Assembly: GCA_023390555.1 (NCBI GenBank)
Contig: JAEWCQ010000033.1
Span: 192,829-216,828 of the forward strand
From: Bacillota bacterium
GTDB lineage: Bacteria > Bacillota > Clostridia > Lachnospirales > Lachnospiraceae
Direction of reading: 5' to 3'
DNA length: 24,000 nucleotides
The position numbers and the translations under genes are program-made. Shown piece by piece: positions 1-7,579 of this stretch (position 1 is its first letter; each line of letters starts with the position of its first letter). The notes beneath the pieces were generated by a model that made no database searches, was not told the origin of the DNA, and saw only the letters and a list, made by a program, of their open reading frames with translations.

Positions 1-363
1 TTTGATGCTAGCAGGATGAAAAACAGTTACAATGATTAAATGCACGCAAAGCATAAAAGAATATCCGCAGATTGTAAGACAGTGAAGTATTTCCTTAAAA
101 TTTAGGTGAGAAATATAAGATATATGCAGCGGGTTATTTTAAACTCTATAGGATATTTTTGACAAAAAATAAATTGATTTATCATCTATTCTGACAATTT
201 TTAAGTGATAATGCATGAATAGTCTTTATATTTCAAATGTATAATTGCATATTATTGCCAATAGGAGTAAAATTATTGAAATAATGAATCGTTACTGGAT
301 TTGTACAAGATGTAATGGCGGGTTAGATTGATTTTTCTGAAAAATATCATTAATGGGGGTTTA

Positions 364-2217
364 ATGATGAGAAGAAGATTAACAGGGGTACTGTTGACAT
401 TTGTACTGGTTCTGTCAGGCTGCAGCGGGAAACAGTCTGCCAGCGTGGAGCATACGAGCGAGAATACGGCTGATACATCCAATGACGGGGGAAGCAGTGC
501 TTCTGTGGATGATATTCTTGCACGATTAACCTTGGATCAAAAGGCTGCGCAGATGGTGCAGGGAGCAGTGTACAACGTATCTGAAAGCAGTATGCAGAAG
601 AACTGCTATGGCAGCATTCTTTCTACTTTTGGTGAGAATTCCCTGAATGCATCGGAATGGAAGAATCTGATTCTGAAATATCAGAAAGCTGCGGTCAGTT
701 CGGAGGCAGGCATTCCTTACCTATATGGAAATGATGCGGTTCACGGCGTGAGTACCTGCGAAGAAGCGGTCATATTTCCGCATAATATAGGTATCGGTGC
801 TGCGAATGATGAGGAGCTGACCTATCAGATGGGATTAGCTGTAGCAAATGAAGCGAAGTTAACAGGCATGTTGTGGAGTTTTTCTCCGTGCTTATCCGCG
901 GCGCAGGATCCGCGCTGGGGACGCACCTATGAAAGTTATTCCTCGGAGACAGATCTTGTTACGGAGCTTGGTACGTCGTTTTCGAAGGGGATGATCGATG
1001 GCGGCATCCTTCCCTGTGCAAAACATTTCTTTGCAGACGGCAATGTTTTGTATGGAACAGGGGAAACACTGGATGGGGAAAAAAGACTGATTGACCGCGG
1101 TGATTCTCAGCTGTCAGATGAAGAGATTCAGGATTTATTGAAGGTATATCAGGCTGCGATTGATGCAGGGGTTAAGACCATCATGATCAGTCACAGCAGT
1201 TTAAACGGAACGAAGATGCATGCGAATGAGAAATATATCTCGATGTTAAAAAACGACATGGGATTTGAGGGCTTTATCGTAAGTGATTGGGACTCTATAC
1301 ATAATATACCGGGTGATAACCTGAAAGATCAGACGATTACGGCTATTAACGCCGGGATTGATATGCTGATGGAGGATTCTGACTATGAGGAATGCCGGAA
1401 ATATATTGTGGAAGCAGTAAATGAAGGCGATATCTCCAAGGATCGCGTGGATGATGCTGTGAAACGAATCCTCACAGTAAAGAAAGAGATGGGGATTCTG
1501 GATGATCCGATGATGGAGAAGGTAACATCCAAAGAGAGCAGTGTAGGGTCGCAGGAATACCGGGATTTGGCAAAAACGCTGGTAGAAGAGAGTCTTGTAC
1601 TGTTAAAGAATGATAATTCGATACTGCCAATTCAGGAAGGAACGAAGATATTCGTGACAGGGCCAGCCGCTAATGATGTCGGGGTTCAGTGCGGGGGCTG
1701 GACGATTACCTGGCTTGGCAGTACGGATGCAGATAACAACGGTCATAAGTGGATACCGGAAGGGAAGACGATACTGGACGGCCTGAATGAACTTGCGGAC
1801 GAATATGATCTGACGATCATTACGGATCAGGAGCAGGCAGCGGATGCTGATCTGACATTATTGTGTCTGGGAGAAAAGACCTATGCCGAATGGAAAGGTG
1901 ACAGTGCAGATATCAGTATTACCGGTGAACTTGGTCTCGATGGCAATGCCGAAGCAATTGACCTGGCCAAAAGTCTGGGGCATCCGACCGTGGCCTGCCT
2001 TGTAGCAGGAAGAAATGTGATCATCAGCGATTATATGGAGCAGTGGGACGGTATCGTTATGTGCTATCTGCCTGGAAGTGAAGGCGACGGCATCGCGAAT
2101 GTACTCACAGGAAAGAGCAGTTTTCAGGGAACTTTACCGATGCCATACTACGCAAAGGTGGAAGATATCAGAACAGATAATATCCTGTTTCCGGTGGGCT
2201 ATGGATTAAAGTATTAG
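364..2217 (+). CDS. Glycoside hydrolase family 3 (beta-glucosidase-like) lipoprotein
   Basis: ORF 328..2217; preferred start ATG 364 behind a G-rich RBS (tgggggttta). N-terminus MMRRRLTGVLLTFVLVLSGC has a lipobox (LSGC). GH3 motifs: GNDAVHGV, CAKHFFADG, and GFIVSDWDSI with the catalytic Asp region. Confidence 0.92.
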   Translation: MMRRRLTGVLLTFVLVLSGCSGKQSASVEHTSENTADTSNDGGSSASVDDILARLTLDQKAAQMVQGAVYNVSESSMQKNCYGSILSTFGENSLNASEWKNLILKYQKAAVSSEAGIPYLYGNDAVHGVSTCEEAVIFPHNIGIGAANDEELTYQMGLAVANEAKLTGMLWSFSPCLSAAQDPRWGRTYESYSSETDLVTELGTSFSKGMIDGGILPCAKHFFADGNVLYGTGETLDGEKRLIDRGDSQLSDEEIQDLLKVYQAAIDAGVKTIMISHSSLNGTKMHANEKYISMLKNDMGFEGFIVSDWDSIHNIPGDNLKDQTITAINAGIDMLMEDSDYEECRKYIVEAVNEGDISKDRVDDAVKRILTVKKEMGILDDPMMEKVTSKESSVGSQEYRDLAKTLVEESLVLLKNDNSILPIQEGTKIFVTGPAANDVGVQCGGWTITWLGSTDADNNGHKWIPEGKTILDGLNELADEYDLTIITDQEQAADADLTLLCLGEKTYAEWKGDSADISITGELGLDGNAEAIDLAKSLGHPTVACLVAGRNVIISDYMEQWDGIVMCYLPGSEGDGIANVLTGKSSFQGTLPMPYYAKVEDIRTDNILFPVGYGLKY

Positions 2218-2251
2218 AAACAGCCGGACAATTGATGATGTTTATTAGAAA

Positions 2252-2284
2252 GAAGGAGGGAATACATCCCTCCTTCATCTTAGT
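2252..2284 (+). terminator. Rho-independent terminator-like hairpin downstream of the GH3 gene
   Basis: Perfect 10-bp stem GAAGGAGGGA / TCCCTCCTTC (2252-2261 / 2267-2276) with a 5-nt loop; the T-tract is weak. Confidence 0.6.
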
Positions 2285-2447
2285 TTCAGGATACTCCACG
2301 GAGGCGTGCATACAGGTAATACAGGGCACCTGCATAACGATATCAGGTTTTAACGTTCCACAGGTCTATGCCGCTGCAATAATATACTATATGACTTTTA
2401 GTTTGAGGTGTATGATTTATAAAAATACTTCCAAAGGAGCTATTTTT

Positions 2448-3044
2448 ATGAATATGACATCTTTTTTTCTATACTGTGTGATTGTTACAGTTACACCAGG
2501 ACCTACCAATATTGTAATACTGTCTGCCGTGAATAAATTCGGTGCCAAAAAGGCAAGGGAGTATACTTATGGAGCAACGGCAGCGTTTGGTTTATTACTT
2601 GTTATATCAGCATTGTTAAATACGGTACTTATGGCGGTAATACCCAAAATACTGCCTGTGATGCAAGTGATCGGGAGCCTTTATATTGTCTATCTCGCTT
2701 ATCAAATATTGAGAATGGATACATCAAAAGATACGGTAAAACAAACTGCCACCTTTCTGTCCGGGTTCCTGATGCAGTTTATCAATCCCAAGGTCGTATT
2801 GTTCACCATGACAGTCATTCCAAGTTTTGTCATGCCATATTATACGGCATTGCCTACTTTGATGATATTTGTTGCATGTATAACAATTATTGGGTTTTTG
2901 GCATTTTTTACATGGATTATTTTTGGGACAATCTTTAAAGAATTTCTGCAGAAATATCAAAAGGCTGTTAATATAATTATGGCAGTATTTTTAGTTTATT
3001 CTGCAATCATGGTATCCGGTGTTATGGATCTGGTTAAGAGGTGA
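2448..3044 (+). CDS. LysE/RhtB-family amino acid/metabolite exporter
   Basis: Start ATG 2448 after AAAGGAGC, inside ORF 2232..3044. MNMTSFFLYCVIVTVTPGPTNIVIL... with the VTPGPTN motif and about 6 hydrophobic segments. Confidence 0.85.
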   Translation: MNMTSFFLYCVIVTVTPGPTNIVILSAVNKFGAKKAREYTYGATAAFGLLLVISALLNTVLMAVIPKILPVMQVIGSLYIVYLAYQILRMDTSKDTVKQTATFLSGFLMQFINPKVVLFTMTVIPSFVMPYYTALPTLMIFVACITIIGFLAFFTWIIFGTIFKEFLQKYQKAVNIIMAVFLVYSAIMVSGVMDLVKR

Positions 3045-3049
3045 TTTCT

Positions 3050-3826
3050 ATGGATCAGTTTATCTATAAAAAATGTGCAGGTGTTACTGCACTGTCGGCA
3101 AGTTTTACCGATTTTAAATACAAAAAACATTCTCATAAGGAATATGCAATGGGTGTAACCTTACGTGGTATTCAGCAGTATAACCTCGAAGGAAGCTTTC
3201 AATCATCCTATAAAAATGGTGTAATGCTGTTCCATCCGGAACAACCACATGATGGGATGGCACATGATAAATCTGGTATTGATTATGTGATGCTGTATAT
3301 TGAGCCGGCATTATTTTTGGAGATTCTGGAAAAAAAGAGCAGGATCCTGTTTTCTTCTCCCATTGTGTATAATTATAGACTTGAACAACAAATACTAAAG
3401 CTTTCGAATGCAATATTAAGAGAAGAGGATGAAGCCTTTTGCAGCGAATTACTTTTATCGCTTGCAGATCGCTTTGCGGAAACGAATCTTTATGAAAGCT
3501 GCGGGAAAGATAACACGCTGATTATGAAAGCAAAGGAAATGATTTGTTGCAGCACAAAAGGTGTATTAAGCCTTGATGATATTTGTAAAGAACTTGATAT
3601 GTCAAAGTTTAAGTTGATAAGGGTATTTAAAACGAATACCGGAATCTCGCCATACCAGTATTTTCTAAACTACAAGGTAGAGCGTGCTAAGAAGTTAATA
3701 GAGAAAAATAAAGATGTTTATTCCGCGGTGGCAGAATGTGGATTTGTGGATTTGACACATCTAAATAAATATTTTAAAAGCATCTATGGAATAACAGCAT
3801 TTGAATATATGTCTCACTTAAATTGA
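3050..3826 (+). CDS. AraC-family transcriptional regulator
   Basis: Cupin-like N-terminus (KHSHKEYAMG) and C-terminal double HTH (LSLDDICKELDMSKFKLIRVFKTNTGISPYQYFLNYKVERAKKLIE). Start ATG 3050 after AGAGGTG, immediately downstream of the LysE gene. Confidence 0.9.
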   Translation: MDQFIYKKCAGVTALSASFTDFKYKKHSHKEYAMGVTLRGIQQYNLEGSFQSSYKNGVMLFHPEQPHDGMAHDKSGIDYVMLYIEPALFLEILEKKSRILFSSPIVYNYRLEQQILKLSNAILREEDEAFCSELLLSLADRFAETNLYESCGKDNTLIMKAKEMICCSTKGVLSLDDICKELDMSKFKLIRVFKTNTGISPYQYFLNYKVERAKKLIEKNKDVYSAVAECGFVDLTHLNKYFKSIYGITAFEYMSHLN

Positions 3827-3841
3827 GGAGGAGTGTTTAAG

Positions 3842-4249
3842 ATGGAATTTGCGAATAAGATCGTAATCATAATTAGAGGGGATCTTTTTGTATGGCAAAA
3901 ACTAAATGTTACAGCATTTTTAATGAGCGGGATTGGCGGGACTCAAAGTATTATTGGAGAACCTTATGTCGATGGGGACGGTATGACTTATCTGCCGATG
4001 TCACAGCAGCCCATCATGATTTATTCCGCAAGTGGCACGGAGTTGAATGCGGTACTGAAAAAGGCTCTTACAAAAGAAGTTAAGATGACGATTTATACCG
4101 AAGAAATTTTCAAGACATATAATGATATGGACAATCGTGCAAAAATTGCAGAATATAAAACGGATGAGCTAAACCTTGTAGGTATCGGCATGATAGGCAA
4201 GAAGAATCACGTTGACAGACTGACAAAAGGTCTTAAACTGCACGATTAG
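3842..4249 (+). CDS. DUF2000 family protein
   Basis: KIVIIIRGDLFVWQKLNVTAFLMSGIGG...GEPYVDGDGMTYLPM...PIMIYSA...VYTEE-like pattern...DLVGIGMIG..., typical of DUF2000. RBS ggaggag precedes ATG 3842. Confidence 0.83.
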   Translation: MEFANKIVIIIRGDLFVWQKLNVTAFLMSGIGGTQSIIGEPYVDGDGMTYLPMSQQPIMIYSASGTELNAVLKKALTKEVKMTIYTEEIFKTYNDMDNRAKIAEYKTDELNLVGIGMIGKKNHVDRLTKGLKLHD

Positions 4250-4338
4250 ATCTGTAGAGCATTACAGTATGAAATGTACTTATCAGCGATTATCAGGTAA
4301 ATGCGATAGAAATAATAAAAATTTCACAGAAGTAAAGC

Positions 4339-4376
4339 AAAAGGCATTGGAATTCAAAATTCCGGTGCCTTTTGTA
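4339..4376 (+). terminator. Rho-independent terminator
   Basis: AAAAGGCATTGGAATT (4339-4354), CAA loop, AATTCCGGTGCCTTTT (4358-4373): 16-bp stem with two G-U pairs, T-rich 3' end. Confidence 0.85.
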
Positions 4377-4526
4377 TATGGATTTAATTTTAGGGGCAAT
4401 ATTTTTGTGAGATTCAGTCATTCGCATCGTGTCTGTGAAAATAAATATTTGCACGGTTAGGGTGCAACTAATTATTCGAAATGGATAAGGGAGTTCGATA
4501 TAATGTGGTTACATAGAAAGGAGGAT

Positions 4527-4826
4527 ATGCAGCATGAAAAATTAAGAGTTCTTTTGGTATGCGGGTCAGGCGCTTCCAGCGGATTCATGGCAGCAAATAT
4601 CAGAAAAGCGGCAAAAGAAAAAGGGATAGAAATGGACGTACAGGCAAGAAGCGATTCTGAAATTGATAATTACATAGAAGATGTGGATCTGATTATGGTT
4701 GGCCCGCATCTTGAGTATGTAATGGGTAAACTGTCACTCTTTGTTGCGTTCCTAGTACCATTTAATTACTGTGAGGAGAAGAAGCTGCGTAAACAGAGAC
4801 TGATAGCTTTACAGATCGTGTCATGA
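4527..4826 (+). pseudogene. Truncated PTS lactose/cellobiose-type EIIB remnant
   Basis: EKLRVLLVCGSGASSGFMAANIRKAAKEKGIEMDV...DLIMVGPHLEYVMGKLS matches the EIIB N-terminal two-thirds, then switches to non-homologous LFVAFLVPFNYCEEKKLRKQ and stops. Confidence 0.7.
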
Positions 4827-5353
4827 GCATAGATGTCATTAAAAATATTTATCCCTGTTACGATCTGGAATTGTTACAAAAGATCATCGAAACGAATTGT
4901 GAGGAATATCATTAATTCATAAATGAATATGCTTTCATGAATCTAATCTTGGATTTGGTTATCGGCATTGACCGAATGAAAAAAGAAAGGACATTCGAAA
5001 TTGAAAAGCATTTCCATGTGACCTATAGCGTAACCAAATTTGAAGAATTAACGAATCTTGATTTGTCAGAGGATGAAATAGGTTACATTGCGCTTCATAT
5101 CGGTGGAAATCTGGAAACACAAAAGTCCAAAAGAAAGGTGATCAGCTGTGTGATCCTGTTTCCACAATATTATGATTTCTCAAATAAAATGATGGATGAA
5201 TTAAAAAATCATTATCAGGAACAATTAGAAATAAAAACAGTCATTACGTCATCAGATGAGATTAAGATGCTGGATAAATCAAATGCAGGTAAGGTTGCAA
5301 AGAGTGCTACGTATATAGATTTTATCGAAGCGGTGATTGGATGTTTCAATTAG
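4823..5353 (+). pseudogene. Decayed BglG/LicR-type PRD-containing antiterminator/activator fragment
   Basis: One continuous frame MSIDVIKNIYPCYDLELLQKIIETNCEEYH*FINEYAFMNLILDLVIGIDRMKKERTFE...LDLSEDEIGYIALHIGGNLE reads as a PRD interrupted by an in-frame TAA at 4913-4915. Downstream residues VISCVILFPQYYDFSNKMMDELKNHY resemble an EIIB/GatB-like segment. Confidence 0.72.
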
Positions 5354-5367
5354 AAAGGAAAGGGAAG

Positions 5368-5625
5368 ATGAAAAAATTTGATTATATCATTACGGATCCG
5401 GCAGGAATTCATGCAAGGCCGGCAGGTATGCTTGCAAAGGCAGCCTCTGTCTATAAGAGTTCCATTACGATAGAAAGAGATGGCAAGGTGGCCAATGTAA
5501 AGAGAATCCTGGAATTAATGGCACTTGGGGTCGAACGTGATGAAAAAGTATCTTTTACTATTGAAGGTGCGGATGAAGATCTCGCAGTGGAAGAATTAGA
5601 TACATTATGCAAAGAAAATCTATAA
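5368..5625 (+). CDS. HPr-like phosphocarrier protein (His15 present, Ser46 position = Arg)
   Basis: MKKFDYIITDPAGIHARPAGMLAKAASVYKSSITIERDGKVANVKRILELMALGV. GIHARPA active-site motif; RBS aaagggaag precedes ATG 5368. Confidence 0.88.
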   Translation: MKKFDYIITDPAGIHARPAGMLAKAASVYKSSITIERDGKVANVKRILELMALGVERDEKVSFTIEGADEDLAVEELDTLCKENL

Positions 5626-5779
5626 ATTCCGGAGCATCATTATGGATAAGTATATTGAAAAGATCCGTATAGTGAAAGGCGTTTGAACTCCGTTAAAATA
5701 CATGGTATATTAATATCTATGCCAAGATGAATTTCAATAAGATTGATTTTGTGCTGTTTCGAAATAGGGAGGGATTTTT

Positions 5780-6355
5780 ATGTTTGAAAGCACGAGGTTG
5801 GTATATAGAACATTGAACGAAGCAGATTTTGATTTGTTTTATGAATTAAATTCGGATGAAGAAGTAATGAAATATACGTACTTAGACAGACTCAGTTCAC
5901 GAGAAGATGCAATGAAAGCTTTTCAGGATATCCTGCTGGATCAGAGGAATCCGGAAAAAGGCACCCAATATGTTGTCAGTTTAAAGGGAACAAATATTCC
6001 AATCGGATTCGTCGATTATGAGGTTGTTTTGAATCATGCGCAAGGCGGAATATTTGAAATCGGATATTTTATGAAACCAAGGTATTGGGGTCAGGGGTTT
6101 GGCACAGAAATGGGAAGGGCTTTCATCGATTATCTGTTTGGGAACTTCCCTATACATAAAGTGATTGCCAGTGTTAATTCAAAAAATAGCAAGTCAGAAG
6201 GTGTAATCGTAAAATTAGGTATGACAAAAGAAGGCGTGTTTAAAAAAGTAAGATATAAAGATGGCCGCTGGGATGATGAGCTGAACTATGGATTGCTCAA
6301 AGAAGAGTGGATGATACGCCAGATCGAGGGCGCGTCAGCAAACTCTTCATCTTAA
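5780..6355 (+). CDS. GNAT-family N-acetyltransferase (RimJ/RimL type)
   Basis: MFESTRLVYRTLNEADFDLFYELNSDEEVMKY...FEIGYFMKPRYWGQGFGTEMGRAFIDYLF...HKVIASVNSKNSKSEGVIVKLGM. RBS gggaggg. Confidence 0.88.
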   Translation: MFESTRLVYRTLNEADFDLFYELNSDEEVMKYTYLDRLSSREDAMKAFQDILLDQRNPEKGTQYVVSLKGTNIPIGFVDYEVVLNHAQGGIFEIGYFMKPRYWGQGFGTEMGRAFIDYLFGNFPIHKVIASVNSKNSKSEGVIVKLGMTKEGVFKKVRYKDGRWDDELNYGLLKEEWMIRQIEGASANSSS

Positions 6356-6522
6356 AATGGCGGCGGTACAAGAAGTAACTGAAGGAAAACGATTCAGTGC
6401 TTTTCCTCGGCTGTTGTAAAATCAAAGCAAATCCAGCCGGTTACTTCTGTAAATGAGCAATCTTTCGTAGGATTGAGCAGATTACGATTGCAGGAATCGT
6501 TTAAAGACAAGGAGAAATGAAA

Positions 6523-7317
6523 ATGAGTTTCATCACAGTAAGTCATGAAAAATGTATAAAGTGCGGGATATGCGTCGAGGTATGTCCGGAAAATGTATTT
6601 AAACTTGGGGAAGACGGCCCTGAGGCAGTTTGTGCCGATGAGTGTATTGCCTGCGGCCACTGTGTTGCGGTATGTCCAAAGGAAGCAATGGATCATGTAC
6701 GAACACCCTTAGGCAATCAGATCAGCGCAAAAAAATTTCCCAAATTAAGTCCGGATGAGGCTGAAAATTTTCTTCGTTCAAGGCGTTCCATTCGATCCTA
6801 TAAAGAGAAGCCTGTTCCGAGAGAAAAACTAATCGCACTGGTCAATGCCGCGCATTACGCACCAAGCGGACATAATCTGCAAGGCATATCGTATGCAATC
6901 ATCGATGATCGGAACCTGCTTGATCAGGCGGTTAAACTTGTAATTGAAGAATATGAAAAAGATCATGTATCCGGAAGCTTTATAAAAGGATATCGTGAGA
7001 ACGGAACTGATACCATCTTACGTGGAGCATCCAGCCTTGTCCTTGCGATTGCGGATGCAGACTTTCCGCGGGGAAGAGAAAATTCGATTTTTTCACTCAC
7101 CTATTTGGAGTTATATGCACCGACTTTGGGATTGGGTTCCTGTTGGGCAGGAATATTTGAAAGAATTGCCATGAAGGAGAATTCCCCGTTGACCGGCTTG
7201 TTTCAGATTCCTGCCAATAAGAAAATTACCGGTGCCGTTATGGTTGGATATCCAAAATATAGCTTTGCAAGAGTCGTTGACAGAAATCCATTGGAGTATA
7301 CCTTTATAGAACCGTAA
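6523..7317 (+). CDS. Nitroreductase with N-terminal 2[4Fe-4S] ferredoxin domain
   Basis: CIKCGICVEVCPENVF and CIACGHCVAVCP (two CxxCxxCxxxCP clusters), followed by RRSIRSYKEKPVPREKLIALVNAAHYAPSGHN and LGLGSCWAGIF (nitroreductase fold). GGAG RBS upstream of ATG 6523. Confidence 0.9.
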   Translation: MSFITVSHEKCIKCGICVEVCPENVFKLGEDGPEAVCADECIACGHCVAVCPKEAMDHVRTPLGNQISAKKFPKLSPDEAENFLRSRRSIRSYKEKPVPREKLIALVNAAHYAPSGHNLQGISYAIIDDRNLLDQAVKLVIEEYEKDHVSGSFIKGYRENGTDTILRGASSLVLAIADADFPRGRENSIFSLTYLELYAPTLGLGSCWAGIFERIAMKENSPLTGLFQIPANKKITGAVMVGYPKYSFARVVDRNPLEYTFIEP

Positions 7318-7579
7318 TACCACGCCGATTTTGAATGAAGTACACGGGTATTACTCCAGGCACGGAATCTTTTCAAGGATTCGACCACTCAGACTGCAGC
7401 GGGAGTCAGAAAGTCCATATAAAAGTGTAGATTGGAAGACGATAATACAGGGGGAATTCGGAAAATTATCATAAAATTTAATCCGATTGCATAGAAACCT
7501 GCACAGAATCATTTTCAATCGAATAAACTTAACTGAGAATAAAAATGCGTTGCAATTCAAGCAGTTAACAGGAGTTTAT

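Noticed and set aside
2232-2447. N-terminal extension of the LysE ORF
   Set aside because: It includes the GH3 terminator hairpin and non-membrane-like sequence. ATG 2448 has an AAAGGAG RBS and gives the canonical LysE N-terminus.
4269-4460. 63-aa + strand ORF between DUF2000 and the PTS remnant
   Set aside because: It runs through a strong intrinsic terminator hairpin (4339-4373), so coding is unlikely.
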